NCBI GenBank assembly: GCA_963978095.1
Contig: CAXBQP010000046.1
Span: 1 to 25,847, forward strand
Source of the DNA: an uncultured bacterium
GTDB taxonomy: Bacteria > Gemmatimonadota > Gemmatimonadetes > Gemmatimonadales > Gemmatimonadaceae
Direction: 5' to 3'
DNA length: 25,847 nucleotides
Below the pieces are notes generated by a model. That model was not told the DNA's origin. It made no database searches and saw only the letters and a list, made by a program, of their open reading frames with translations. Numbering within the stretch: position 1 is the stretch's first letter; every line of letters starts with the position of its first letter. Below are positions 1 through 9,574 of the stretch, one piece after another. The position numbers were made by a program, and so were the translations under genes.

Positions 1-201
1 AAGGCCACCACCGGTGCCGCGCGTCCGGCTTGGTACATCCTCTCCGACGTGCTCGCCGCGCTCGGCGACGGGACGGAGTACTTCACCGCGAGTGCCACGT
101 TCGATGCGCTGGCCAAGGCCGAGCCCGCCTTCGGTGGGTTGTCGTACGACACCCTTGGGCTGCGTGGTGCCACGGTTCAGCGCGCAACGGTGACCGCATG
201 A
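1..201 (+). CDS. nuoG: NADH-quinone oxidoreductase subunit G, C-terminal part (truncated by window edge)
   Basis: Frame 1 is open from base 1 (KATTGAARPAWYILSDVLAALG...FDALAKAEPAFGGLSYDTLGLRG...) to TGA 199-201, overlapping the nuoH ATG (ATGA). Resembles NuoG/molybdopterin-oxidoreductase C-termini and lies directly before nuoH. Confidence 0.7.
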   Translation, partial: KATTGAARPAWYILSDVLAALGDGTEYFTASATFDALAKAEPAFGGLSYDTLGLRGATVQRATVTA

Positions 202-1478
202 ACCACCTGAACCTCTTCGCGCTCGACGCGACCTCGCAGCTCCCCCCGACGACCGGGGTGTTCATCATTGCGAGCATCATCAAGATGATCGCGATCTTCA
301 CGTTGGTGATGGTCGGAGTCGCGTACACGACCTTCGCGGAACGTCGCATTTCCGCATGGATCCAGGACCGCCATGGTCCGAACCGCGTGGGGCCGCTTGG
401 TCTGTTCCAAGTGCTCGCCGACGGCATCAAGAACCTGATGAAGGAAGAGACCTACCCCGGGGACGCCAATCTCACGCTCTTCGTGCTCGCCCCGGCGCTC
501 GCCTTCATTCCGGCCATGCTCACGTGGGCCGTGATTCCGTTCGCTGCACCACTGCCGACGGCGTGGGGCCGGATTGACATGGTGGTGGCCGACCTGCCTG
601 TCGGTTTCCTCTTCACGCTCGCCATCAGTTCAATCGGCGTGTACGGGCTGGCGCTCGCCGGCTGGAGTTCCAACAACAAGTACGCGCTCCTTGGCGGGCT
701 CCGTGCCAGCGCGCAAATGATCTCCTATGAGATCGCGATGGGGATGAGCACCGTGTGCGTGTTGCTGCTGTCGGGCAACGTCCACTTGACCGAGATCATC
801 CAGCAGCAGAGCACCATGGGGTGGAATGTGTTCCTGCTGTCGATCGCATTCTTCCTGTTCCTGATTTCCGCCTTCGCCGAGACCAACCGGGTGCCGTTCG
901 ACCTGCCGGAAGCGGAATCGGAGCTCGTGGCGGGCTACCACACCGAATACAGCGCGATGAAGTTCTCGATGTTCCCGATCTCCGAGTACGCCGGCATGAT
1001 CACGGCTTCCGCCATGCTCGTGACGTTGTTCTTCGGCGGATGGGACATTCCCTTCACGCAGTGGGACAACACGGGCGAATACACCGTGCTCAAGACGCTC
1101 CTCACGTTCGCCTCGTTCGCGATCAAGACCTTGTTCTGGGTGTTCTTCTACATCTGGATCCGGTGGACGTTGCCCCGCTTCCGTTACGACCAGCTCATGT
1201 CGCTCGGCTGGAAAGTCATGCTGCCGATCGCGCTGAGCTACGTCACGATCGTCGCCGTGCTGGTACTGGCGCTGGACATGGCCGGACTGCCGCGCGACTG
1301 GCGGTTCGGCGGCGCTATGTTCGCCGTGAACGCGGTGCTGGTGGTGCTGTTGTTCTTCGTACTCGATCGCGGTCGGATTGTGAGCCCCGCGTATTCGCGG
1401 CTGGACAAGGCGGCGGTGGATCGTCTGCGCGCGGTGACGGCGACGCGGGCCGCCCTGACGACTGCAGAGGAAGCCTAA
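198..1478 (+). CDS. nuoH: NADH-quinone oxidoreductase subunit H
   Basis: Motifs ERRISAWIQDRHGPNRVGP, SNNKYALLGGLRASAQMISYE, ETNRVPFDLPEAESELVAGYHTEYS, RWTLPRFRYDQL. Start moved from 30 to ATG 198 (ATGA overlap with nuoG). Confidence 0.97.
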   Translation: MNHLNLFALDATSQLPPTTGVFIIASIIKMIAIFTLVMVGVAYTTFAERRISAWIQDRHGPNRVGPLGLFQVLADGIKNLMKEETYPGDANLTLFVLAPALAFIPAMLTWAVIPFAAPLPTAWGRIDMVVADLPVGFLFTLAISSIGVYGLALAGWSSNNKYALLGGLRASAQMISYEIAMGMSTVCVLLLSGNVHLTEIIQQQSTMGWNVFLLSIAFFLFLISAFAETNRVPFDLPEAESELVAGYHTEYSAMKFSMFPISEYAGMITASAMLVTLFFGGWDIPFTQWDNTGEYTVLKTLLTFASFAIKTLFWVFFYIWIRWTLPRFRYDQLMSLGWKVMLPIALSYVTIVAVLVLALDMAGLPRDWRFGGAMFAVNAVLVVLLFFVLDRGRIVSPAYSRLDKAAVDRLRAVTATRAALTTAEEA

Positions 1479-1975
1479 TGGCGATCATGGTCAAGGAAGT
1501 GGAGCGGCCGGTCGGCGAGGTCAGTTACCTCCGCGCGACCGTCAGCGGATTGGCGCTCACGCTCAAGCACATGTTCGATCCGCACAAGGTCACGACGCAG
1601 TATCCCGAGCAACGCTGGGAGCTGTCGCCCCGGTGGCGCGGGACCCACCGGATGCTCACCACCGAGGACGGTAAGGCCAAGTGCGTGGCGTGCGGCCTGT
1701 GCCCCACGGTGTGCCCGGCCAACTGCATCAAGCTCGTGCCGGGCGAGGACGAGGACGGCAACCGCTACCCGCTCTTGTTCGAGATCGACGAGTTCCGGTG
1801 CATCTTCTGCGGCTACTGTCAGGAAGTGTGCCCGGAGGAGGCGATCCACGTGGGGCGTCACTACGAGAACGCGGAGTACAGCCGCGATCGGTTCGTCTAC
1901 GATTTGGCTCGGCTCACGTCGCAGACGCATGCCGTGAGCGAGATGTGGGACCCCGCTGACCCCAAGGGGGAATGA
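1478..1975 (+). CDS. nuoI: NADH-quinone oxidoreductase subunit I (2x[4Fe-4S])
   Basis: Two ferredoxin motifs CVACGLCPTVCP and CIFCGYCQEVCP. Start ATG 1478 in TAATG overlap with nuoH (ORF-track start 755 is a spurious extension). Confidence 0.96.
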   Translation: MAIMVKEVERPVGEVSYLRATVSGLALTLKHMFDPHKVTTQYPEQRWELSPRWRGTHRMLTTEDGKAKCVACGLCPTVCPANCIKLVPGEDEDGNRYPLLFEIDEFRCIFCGYCQEVCPEEAIHVGRHYENAEYSRDRFVYDLARLTSQTHAVSEMWDPADPKGE

Positions 1976-2529
1976 TGCAGAACGAATTCGTTCCGCTCTT
2001 TTACGGCTTCCACTTTTATCTGTTCGGCCTGATTGCGCTGGCGAGCGCGCTCATGTTTGTGACCCGGAAGAGTCCGGTGGCCGCGGCGTTGTGGCTCGTC
2101 CAGACCATGTTCGCGCTGGCCGCGCTGTACGTGATGATGGATGCCCAGTTCGTCGGTGTCATGCAGGTGCTCGTGTACGCTGGCGCGATCATGGTGGTCT
2201 TCTTGTTCGTGATCATGCTGCTGAACCTTGGCCATCCGAGCGAGATCTCGGACATCCGGGGCAAATGGGGGCGGATCATTGCCGGGTTGTTCGGGATCGC
2301 CTTGCTGGCCCAGCTCGGCGCGGCCTCGCGCAACGCCCTGGTGCCGGCGTTGCAGCTCCCCCAGGCACCGACCGATGGCGCGATCAACGGCACCGCGGGC
2401 GTGATCGGGCCGATCGCCGGTCCCATGTTCAAGGAGTACCTGCTGGCCTTCGAGCTGACGAGCGTGTTGCTGCTCGTCGCGGTCATCGGCGCGGTCGTCC
2501 TCGGAAAGAAATCGTCCAATGCTCGCTGA
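1972..2529 (+). CDS. nuoJ: NADH-quinone oxidoreductase subunit J
   Basis: [20 protein letters not shown] and [16 protein letters not shown] motifs; operon position. Start 1972 or 1975. Confidence 0.95.
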   Translation: MMQNEFVPLFYGFHFYLFGLIALASALMFVTRKSPVAAALWLVQTMFALAALYVMMDAQFVGVMQVLVYAGAIMVVFLFVIMLLNLGHPSEISDIRGKWGRIIAGLFGIALLAQLGAASRNALVPALQLPQAPTDGAINGTAGVIGPIAGPMFKEYLLAFELTSVLLLVAVIGAVVLGKKSSNAR

Positions 2530-2812
2530 ATCCCTCGCGCTCTCGGCAGCGCTGTTCGCGATCGGCGTGGTGGGGGTCCTCACACGTCGCAATGCGATGA
2601 TCGTGTTCATGTGCGTTGAGCTGATGCTCAACGCGGTGAACCTGAGCTTCGTCGCACTCTCCCGTCTCTACGGGGCCACCGGTCAGGTGTTCGTCATCTT
2701 CGTGATGACGGTCGCTGCCGCCGAGGCCGCGGTGGGGCTCGCGATCGTGATCGCGATCTTCCGCCACAAACAGTCCGTGGACCTCCAGAACATCAACCTG
2801 CTCCGCGGCTGA
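2519..2812 (+). CDS. nuoK: NADH-quinone oxidoreductase subunit K
   Basis: RRN...ELMLNAVNL and [12 protein letters not shown] motifs; 97 aa, three hydrophobic helices. Confidence 0.97.
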   Translation: MLAESLALSAALFAIGVVGVLTRRNAMIVFMCVELMLNAVNLSFVALSRLYGATGQVFVIFVMTVAAAEAAVGLAIVIAIFRHKQSVDLQNINLLRG

Positions 2813-5004
2813 TGATGACCACACATCTTCCCGAGACGGGGCATCCGCTGGCCGACACGGCCGCGCGGTTCGTGTGGCTGTTGCCACTGCTCCCGCTACT
2901 CGGTTTCCTGATCAACGGCGCGCTGGCACTGACCGCCGCCGCCAAGATCGGCCCCGACGACCCGTCCGCCGGGCACGGCCACCACAACGATCATGACGCC
3001 GCTCACGGCCACGATGCGCATGATCATGGCCATGGCCACGACGATCATCATCCGGTGCGCCACCCGCATGCCGGCATCGTGAGCCTCGTCGGCCCGGGGG
3101 TGCTCCTCGCCGCCTTTGGTCTGGCCGTCGCGATCTTCCTGGCCATGAAGGGCACCAAGATGGAAGAGCCGTACGTGCTCGATCTCTTCCGGTGGATGCC
3201 CGTCGGCGACCTGAAGATCAACGCCGCCTTCCAGCTCGATCCGCTCTCGATGGTCATGGTCATGATCATCACCGGCATCGGGTCGCTGATCCACATTTTC
3301 AGCGTCGGCTACATGCAGGACGACCCCGGGTACCCGCGCTACTTCGCCTACCTGAATCTGTTCGTCTTCTTCATGCTCTTGCTGGTGCTCGGCGCCAACT
3401 ACCCGCTGATGTTCGTCGGCTGGGAAGGGGTGGGGCTCTGCTCGTACCTTCTCATCGGCTTCTGGTTCAGCGAGGAGGCCAACGCGAACGCCGGCAAGAA
3501 GGCCTTCATCGTCAACCGCATCGGCGACTTCGGTTTTCTGATCGCGATGTTCCTGTTGTTCGCGAACATCGGGACGCTGGATTATGTCGGCGTTGCCGAA
3601 GCCGCGTCCAAGCTCCCCGTGGGTGGTGCGGTGATCACGGCGATCTGCCTCTTCTTCTTCCTCGGGTGCACCGGCAAGAGCGCACAGATCCCGCTTTATG
3701 TGTGGCTCCCCGATGCCATGGCTGGACCGACGCCGGTCTCGGCGCTCATCCATGCCGCGACGATGGTCACCGCTGGTGTGTACCTGATCGCCCGCAGCTC
3801 GATCCTCTTCTCGATGGCCCCGACCGCCTCGCTCACCGTGGCGCTGGTAGGTGGACTCACCGCGCTCTTCGCGGCGACGATCGGGCTCAAGCAGTGGGAC
3901 ATCAAGAAGGTGCTGGCGTACTCCACCGTCTCGCAGCTCGGCTACATGTTCGTCGGTGTGGGAGTGGGTGCATACACCGCAGGCGTCTTCCATTTGATGA
4001 CGCACGCCTTCTTCAAGGCACTGCTCTTCCTCGGGTCAGGCTCGGTGATCTTCGCGATGCACCGCGCCTATCATGCCACACACAACCACGATGATGCGCA
4101 GGACATGCGCAACATGGGCGGACTCAGGAAGTTCATGCCCGTCACGTGGGCGCTGATGTGGATCGCGACACTGGCGATCGCCGGCATCCCGCCCTTCGCC
4201 GGGTTCTTCTCCAAGGACGAGATCCTGGGCACCGTGTTCGCCCGAGCGAATGCCGGCCCTCTCTCCACGGCCTCGCTGCTCGGCATACCCGGACACTCGG
4301 TGCTGCTCCTCGTGTACGTGATCGGCCTCGCCTCCGCGCTCCTCACGGCGATTTACATGACCCGCATGATGATCTACACCTTCCACGGTCCGAACCGCAC
4401 CGGCGCGGCGGAACAGCCGCACCTCGCGGAGGCGCCCTGGATCATGACCGGTCCGCTCATCGTACTCGGCGTGCTGAGCGCATTCGGCGGGTGGTTGAAT
4501 CTGCCTGAGCTCCTGCCGATCGGTCCCATCGGCACACTCGAGCACTGGCTCGAACCCGTGGTGGGGGCAGCGACCGCACGGATGGCCGGCGCCGGTGAAC
4601 ATGTCACCGTCAACACCGAGTGGGTGTTGATCGGCGTGGCTGTGGCGATCGCCGTCGTCGGCATGTCGATCGCTTTCGCACGGCTGAAGCCCGCATTGCT
4701 GGTCCCCAAGAGTGCATCGCCGGAGGCCGAAGGATTTGCCAAGGTGCTCGAGCACAAGTACTACGTGGACGAGTTCTACGACGACGCGGTGGTCCAGCCG
4801 CTGAAGGGGCTCAGCTCGACCGTCCTCTGGAAGGGGGTGGATGCCGGCATCATCGATGGACTGTTCGTGAACGGCAGCGCGGCCGTCACCCGGGCCTTGG
4901 GGTGGTTGGGAGCGCAGGTGCAGTCCGGTCAGGTCGGCACCTATGCCTGGGTGCTCGTGATCGGTGTCTTGGCGCTGCTCGGCGCCTTCACTTCCGGCCG
5001 CTGA
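2812..5004 (+). CDS. nuoL: NADH-quinone oxidoreductase subunit L
   Basis: GWEGVGLCSYLLIGFW, KAFIVNRIGDFG, KSAQIPLYVWLPDAMAGPTPVSALIHAATMV, HAFFKALLFL motifs. Confidence 0.97.
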   Translation: MMTTHLPETGHPLADTAARFVWLLPLLPLLGFLINGALALTAAAKIGPDDPSAGHGHHNDHDAAHGHDAHDHGHGHDDHHPVRHPHAGIVSLVGPGVLLAAFGLAVAIFLAMKGTKMEEPYVLDLFRWMPVGDLKINAAFQLDPLSMVMVMIITGIGSLIHIFSVGYMQDDPGYPRYFAYLNLFVFFMLLLVLGANYPLMFVGWEGVGLCSYLLIGFWFSEEANANAGKKAFIVNRIGDFGFLIAMFLLFANIGTLDYVGVAEAASKLPVGGAVITAICLFFFLGCTGKSAQIPLYVWLPDAMAGPTPVSALIHAATMVTAGVYLIARSSILFSMAPTASLTVALVGGLTALFAATIGLKQWDIKKVLAYSTVSQLGYMFVGVGVGAYTAGVFHLMTHAFFKALLFLGSGSVIFAMHRAYHATHNHDDAQDMRNMGGLRKFMPVTWALMWIATLAIAGIPPFAGFFSKDEILGTVFARANAGPLSTASLLGIPGHSVLLLVYVIGLASALLTAIYMTRMMIYTFHGPNRTGAAEQPHLAEAPWIMTGPLIVLGVLSAFGGWLNLPELLPIGPIGTLEHWLEPVVGAATARMAGAGEHVTVNTEWVLIGVAVAIAVVGMSIAFARLKPALLVPKSASPEAEGFAKVLEHKYYVDEFYDDAVVQPLKGLSSTVLWKGVDAGIIDGLFVNGSAAVTRALGWLGAQVQSGQVGTYAWVLVIGVLALLGAFTSGR

Positions 5005-5016
5005 GCGACGACGACC

Positions 5017-6600
5017 ATGATGAGTTTCCTCGATTCGATCGGCTATAACAACTGGATCCTCCCGGTCCTCCTTCTCCTCCCCTTGGCCGGCGCGCTGGTC
5101 GTTTCTGCGCTCGGCATGGCCGCCGGGAAGGATGCGGACCGCCAGATGGACGGGCTCCGGCGCATCGTCCTCGCGATTTTCACGCTGGAGGCGGTGCTCT
5201 CGCTCGGACTGTGGTGGTCAGTGAACGTGGGCTCGCCCGAGTGGCAAGCCACCTTCTCACTGCCGTGGATCCCCGCGTGGGGGATGCGATTCGCGCTCGG
5301 CGTGGACGGCATCGCGATGACGCTGATGCTGCTCACCACGCTCCTGATGCCGCTCGCCGTGCTGGGCGGGTGGACGAGCATCCGCGAGAAGATCCACAGC
5401 TACTACGCGCTGCTCATGGTGCTCACGACCGGCATGCTCGGCGTCTTCATGGCGCTCGACCTCATGCTGTTCTTCGTGATGTGGGAACTGATGCTGGTGC
5501 CGATGTACCTGATCATCGGGGTGTGGGGCGGGCAGCGCCGGCTCTACGCCAGTCTCAAATTCTTCCTGTATACGATGTCCGGATCGATGCTGATGCTCGT
5601 CGGCATCATCTACCTCGGCACGCAGGCGGCGGATCTCGCGGGACATCCCAGCTTCTCCTACGACCAGATCCTGCACAACGCCGCGCTCAGCCCGGCGGCG
5701 CAGATCTGGCTCTTCATTGCGTTCGCGGTCGCGTTCGCGGTGAAAGTCCCCATGTTCCCGTTCCATACATGGCTCCCTGATGCGCACGTCGAAGCGCCAA
5801 CGGCCGGATCGGTGATTCTTGCCGCCATCATGTTGAAGATGGGAACCTTTGGGTTCCTGCGATACGCGCTGCCGTTGTTCCCCGGCGCGGCCATGCACCC
5901 CACGATTCGCGGTGTGATCCTGACGCTTGCCGTCGTCGGAATCGTGTACGGCGCACTCGTCGCGCTCGTGCAACCGGATTTCAAGAAGCTCGTCGCCTAC
6001 TCGTCGGTGAGCCATCTCGGTTTCGTGATGCTCGGAATCTTCGCCCTCACGCCGCAGTCCGTGCAGGGTGCGTTGATGGTGAACCTCAGCCACGGCGTGT
6101 CGACGGGTGCGCTCTTCCTCATGATCGGCATGATCTACGAGCGTCGCCACACCAGGTTGATCGCCGATTACGGCGGCATCGCGAAGGTGATGCCCGTGTT
6201 CGCCACGTTGCTCACCATCGTCTGCCTGAGTTCGATCGGCGTCCCGGGGACGAATGGGTTCGTCGGCGAGTTCCTGGTGCTCATCGGCTCATTCCGCACC
6301 CAGCCGGAGTACGCGGTGATCGCGGCTACCGCCGTCATCTTCGCCGCGGCCTATCTGCTCTGGGCGTTGCAGCGCATCATCTACAATCCGCTGACCAAGC
6401 CCGAGAACGAACACCTCCACGATCTCAACTGGCGTGAGATCGGACTCCTGATTCCGCTGATTGCGGCCATCGTCTGGATGGGTGTGTATCCGTCGCCCGT
6501 GCTGGAGAAGACGTCGGCAGCGGCCAATCGATTCGTCACACACGTTCAGCAGGCAGGGAACATGGCCGGCGCCGGCATGATGGGCGAGGAGATCCGCTGA
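5017..6600 (+). CDS. nuoM: NADH-quinone oxidoreductase subunit M
   Basis: FAVKVPMFPFHTWLPDAHVEAPTAGS, KKLVAYSSVSH, PGTNGFVGEFLVL motifs. Confidence 0.97.
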   Translation: MMSFLDSIGYNNWILPVLLLLPLAGALVVSALGMAAGKDADRQMDGLRRIVLAIFTLEAVLSLGLWWSVNVGSPEWQATFSLPWIPAWGMRFALGVDGIAMTLMLLTTLLMPLAVLGGWTSIREKIHSYYALLMVLTTGMLGVFMALDLMLFFVMWELMLVPMYLIIGVWGGQRRLYASLKFFLYTMSGSMLMLVGIIYLGTQAADLAGHPSFSYDQILHNAALSPAAQIWLFIAFAVAFAVKVPMFPFHTWLPDAHVEAPTAGSVILAAIMLKMGTFGFLRYALPLFPGAAMHPTIRGVILTLAVVGIVYGALVALVQPDFKKLVAYSSVSHLGFVMLGIFALTPQSVQGALMVNLSHGVSTGALFLMIGMIYERRHTRLIADYGGIAKVMPVFATLLTIVCLSSIGVPGTNGFVGEFLVLIGSFRTQPEYAVIAATAVIFAAAYLLWALQRIIYNPLTKPENEHLHDLNWREIGLLIPLIAAIVWMGVYPSPVLEKTSAAANRFVTHVQQAGNMAGAGMMGEEIR

Positions 6601-8111
6601 TGACTTTCGATCTCTCGATTCCCGCGCAGTTGCTCGCGGCGCTCGCGCCCGACTTGATCCTCATGGGCGGCGCGATGATCCTGATGGTGATCGCTGCCCT
6701 GCGCCCGGAGACCAACGAGAACCAGCGCGCGATCGGCGGCATGGCCGTGATGGTGCTCCTCGCGGCCGCCGCTGCGGTGGTGTGGATGATCAACGCGGGA
6801 CACAACGTGAACCCCGGCGTGATTGCCGTCGATCGCTACCGGTGGACCGCCGATCTGATCTTCCTCGCCGCCGCCCTCGGTACCGTCGTGCTCAGCATGG
6901 AATACGGCGCGAAGGAGAGCATTCGGCAAGCCGAAGTGCACGTCCTGGTTCTGTTCGCCACGTCGGGCATGATGATCCTCGCGGCCGCGCGCGACCTGAT
7001 GATCGTGTTCCTCGGCATCGAGATCATGTCGATTGCGGTGTATGTGCTCGCGGGACTCAACCGCCGCAGCGCGAAGGCAGCGGAGTCTGCGTTGAAGTAC
7101 TTCCTGCTCGGTGCATTCGCGACCGGCTTCCTGCTGTATGGGATTGCGCTCACGTATGGTGCCACTGGGTCGACCAACCTCTCGACGATCGGGAAGGTCA
7201 TCGTCGAACACCAGCTGCAGTCGCAGTCGATGCTCCTGGTCGGAGTTGGGCTGTTGCTCGTCGGGTTCGGGTTCAAGGTGGCGGCGGTGCCATTCCACAT
7301 GTGGGCACCCGATGTGTATGAAGGCGCCCCCACGCCGACGACCGCCTTCATGGCGTCCGCAGTCAAGGCGGCGGCGTTCGCGGTCTTCCTCCGGATCTGG
7401 CTCGAGGCGTTCCCGCAGATGGACCGCGCGTGGATCGTCCCGGTGTGGTGGCTGGCGGCGGTCACGATGCTCGTCGGCAACGTCGTGGCGCTCGTGCAAC
7501 GCAACATCAAGCGGCTGCTCGCCTACTCGAGCGTGGTGCATAGCGGGTATTTGCTCGTCGCCGTCGCGGCTGGCACTCGGCTCGGTTCGGCGTCCTTCCT
7601 GTTTTACCTGATCGCCTATACGCTCGCGACGTTCGGTGCATTCGCTGTGGTGGCGACGATCGGTACGGCCGGGGAGCGGGGCCAGGACCTGACCGATTAC
7701 GAAGGACTGTGGTCGGTCCGTCCAGGACTCGCCATCGCCATGGGCGTCTGCATGCTCGCGCTCATGGGTTTCCCGCTCTTCGGCGGCATCGGGTTCTTCG
7801 CGAAGTGGTACCTGTTGCAAGCGGCGCTCGGGTCGCCACACAACCTGATCCCGTTGAGCGTGGTTCTCGTGCTGACCTCCGTCATCGCAGCCGGCTACTA
7901 CCTGAACGTGATACGCGTCATGTTCATGAAGCCGCGGCCGGAGGGAGCGGCTGAGGTGGGCCCGATGGGTCCCCTGTCGCAGGGCGTCTTGGCCGTCACC
8001 GTGGCGCTGATACTGGGGCTCGGGCTCTTCCCCTCGCAGTTGGCCGTCTGGACGCGTGGTAGCACGCCGATGGCGCCGAATCAGACTGCTGCGCAAGCCA
8101 CCAACAAGTAA
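6600..8111 (+). CDS. nuoN: NADH-quinone oxidoreductase subunit N
   Basis: ESALKYFLLG, FKVAAVPFHMWAPDVYEGAPTP, KRLLAYSSVVHSGY motifs; TGATG overlap with nuoM. Confidence 0.97.
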   Translation: MTFDLSIPAQLLAALAPDLILMGGAMILMVIAALRPETNENQRAIGGMAVMVLLAAAAAVVWMINAGHNVNPGVIAVDRYRWTADLIFLAAALGTVVLSMEYGAKESIRQAEVHVLVLFATSGMMILAAARDLMIVFLGIEIMSIAVYVLAGLNRRSAKAAESALKYFLLGAFATGFLLYGIALTYGATGSTNLSTIGKVIVEHQLQSQSMLLVGVGLLLVGFGFKVAAVPFHMWAPDVYEGAPTPTTAFMASAVKAAAFAVFLRIWLEAFPQMDRAWIVPVWWLAAVTMLVGNVVALVQRNIKRLLAYSSVVHSGYLLVAVAAGTRLGSASFLFYLIAYTLATFGAFAVVATIGTAGERGQDLTDYEGLWSVRPGLAIAMGVCMLALMGFPLFGGIGFFAKWYLLQAALGSPHNLIPLSVVLVLTSVIAAGYYLNVIRVMFMKPRPEGAAEVGPMGPLSQGVLAVTVALILGLGLFPSQLAVWTRGSTPMAPNQTAAQATNK

Positions 8112-8126
8112 GGTTGGGCAGACCCA

Positions 8127-8156
8127 CGGGGCGGGGCGCTACAGCGCCCCGCTTCG
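8127..8156 (+). terminator. GC-rich hairpin after nuoN, possible terminator or 3' stabilising stem
   Basis: GCGGGGCGCT (8131-8140) and AGCGCCCCGC (8143-8152) are exact reverse complements, extendable with G-U pairs to 8127/8156. No real U tract. Confidence 0.5.
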
Positions 8157-8158
8157 GC

Positions 8159-8164
8159 TATAAT
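8159..8164 (+). promoter_or_regulatory. sigma70-type -10 box, probable leaderless promoter of the PMM/PGM gene
   Basis: Perfect TATAAT, 6 nt (TCCCCC), then ATG 8171; no Shine-Dalgarno; no clear -35. Confidence 0.65.
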
Positions 8165-8170
8165 TCCCCC

Positions 8171-9541
8171 ATGATCGACTCCAATATCTTCCGGCAGTAT
8201 GACATCCGCGGCGTGGTGGGGCAGGACCTCACCGTCGAAGCCGCAGAGGCCATCGGACGCGCCTACGGCGCACTCCTGACCGAGCGCGGGATTCCCCTCG
8301 AGGTCGCCGTCGGGCGCGACAATCGGCCCAGCGGCGACGCCCTGCGCGATGCCCTCGTGCGGGGTCTCCGGTCCACGGGAGTCAACGTCGTGGACATCGG
8401 CGTCGTCCCGACTCCGCTGCTGTACTGGAGCCTTCACCACCTGAAGGTCAGTGGCGGTATTCAAATCACCGGTTCGCACAATCCGCCTGAGTTCAACGGT
8501 TTCAAGCTCTGCGTCGGGACAGGTTCACTGCACGGGGACGGGATCCAGCGACTCCTGCAGCTGATCCAGGGAGCGGACTTCCCGGTCGGTGACGGCACGC
8601 TGCGCGGCGAGGCGGTCATCGATCGCTACTGTGATGATGTGGTGGCGCGCATCGGCCCGCTGTCGCGCCCGCTGAAGGCCGTCATCGACTGTGGCAATGG
8701 CGCGGGTGCCCTCGTGGCTCCCCAGCTCTTCCCGCGATTGGGGATCACCCCCACGATGCTCTTCGCCGAGAGCGACGGCACCTTCCCCAACCATCATCCC
8801 GATCCGACGGTCGTCGAGAATCTCCAGGATCTCATCACGGCAGTGCGGCGCGAGGGGGCGGATCTCGGCATCGGCTTCGACGGCGACGCCGATCGCATCG
8901 GCATCGTCGACAAGCACGGCACGATCATCTGGGGCGACTACCTGCTCATCTTGTACGCGCGTGACGTTCTGGCGCGGACCGGCCACGGCCAGTCGGTGAT
9001 TTTCGACGTGAAGTGCTCGCAGGCGCTCCCCGACGCCATCACGGCGGCCGGAGGGACTCCGGTGATGTGGAAGACCGGCCACTCACTCATCAAGGACAAG
9101 ATGAAGGAGCTCCACGCGCCGCTGGCCGGCGAGATGTCCGGCCACATGTTCTTCACCGAGGGGTTCTACGGACACGACGACGCGATCTACGGGGCGGCAC
9201 GCGTGCTGCGGATCGTGGCCGACGCCAATCGCGGCGTCGACGAGTTGCTCGCGGATATTCCCCGGTACGTGGCCACCCCCGAGATCCGTGTCGACTGTCC
9301 CGACGATCTGAAATTCCGTGTGGTCGAGCGGGCACAGGCGCACTTCCGGACACTCCACGACGTCATCGACGTGGACGGCGTGCGCATCCTCTACGGCGAC
9401 GGCTGGGGATTGATCCGTGCGAGCAACACCCAACCCATCCTCGTGGTCCGCTTCGAGGCACTGTCGCAGTCGCGTCTCGACGAGATCCGGGATGAGGTGG
9501 CCGCGTGGCTTGCCACGCAGGGCGTGACCTTCCCGCGGTAG
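8171..9541 (+). CDS. Phosphomannomutase/phosphoglucomutase (AlgC-like alpha-D-phosphohexomutase)
   Basis: N-terminal IFRQYDIRG, phosphoserine loop TGSHNP, metal loop FDGDADR, sugar loop GEMSGH, RASNTQP. Start at ATG 8171 rather than TTG 8114. Confidence 0.93.
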   Translation: MIDSNIFRQYDIRGVVGQDLTVEAAEAIGRAYGALLTERGIPLEVAVGRDNRPSGDALRDALVRGLRSTGVNVVDIGVVPTPLLYWSLHHLKVSGGIQITGSHNPPEFNGFKLCVGTGSLHGDGIQRLLQLIQGADFPVGDGTLRGEAVIDRYCDDVVARIGPLSRPLKAVIDCGNGAGALVAPQLFPRLGITPTMLFAESDGTFPNHHPDPTVVENLQDLITAVRREGADLGIGFDGDADRIGIVDKHGTIIWGDYLLILYARDVLARTGHGQSVIFDVKCSQALPDAITAAGGTPVMWKTGHSLIKDKMKELHAPLAGEMSGHMFFTEGFYGHDDAIYGAARVLRIVADANRGVDELLADIPRYVATPEIRVDCPDDLKFRVVERAQAHFRTLHDVIDVDGVRILYGDGWGLIRASNTQPILVVRFEALSQSRLDEIRDEVAAWLATQGVTFPR

Positions 9542-9568
9542 AGGGTGCCGAGACCCCTGTCACGTCGC

Positions 9569-9574
9569 TAACTT
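9569..9574 (+). promoter_or_regulatory. Candidate -10 box for sucCD-ndk
   Basis: GC-TAACTT matches the TAnnnT pattern of the other intergenic regions; weak -35 GTGCCG (9545-9550) 18 nt upstream. Confidence 0.35.

Noticed and set aside
30..197. N-terminal extensions in the ORF track for nuoH (also nuoI, ndk, plsX, fabD, fabG, mqnE, xerD)
   Set aside because: They overlap upstream genes out of frame; downstream starts fit family N-termini and stop/start overlaps.
2974..3069. CAC/GAC/GGC-rich stretch as a tandem DNA repeat or CRISPR-like array
   Set aside because: No fixed repeat unit; synonymous codons vary, so it is protein-level low complexity.
5002..5019. nuoL and nuoM in the same frame separated by TGA plus 4 codons (readthrough or selenocysteine)
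   Set aside because: One-in-three chance, no SECIS-like hairpin recognised, and both subunits are complete.
6546..8096. 516-aa minus-strand ORF (also 9560-10972, 2896-4005, 12814-13929, 18100-19251 and others)
   Set aside because: Antisense shadows of well-supported + strand genes, expected from high GC3 codon bias; no recognisable motifs.
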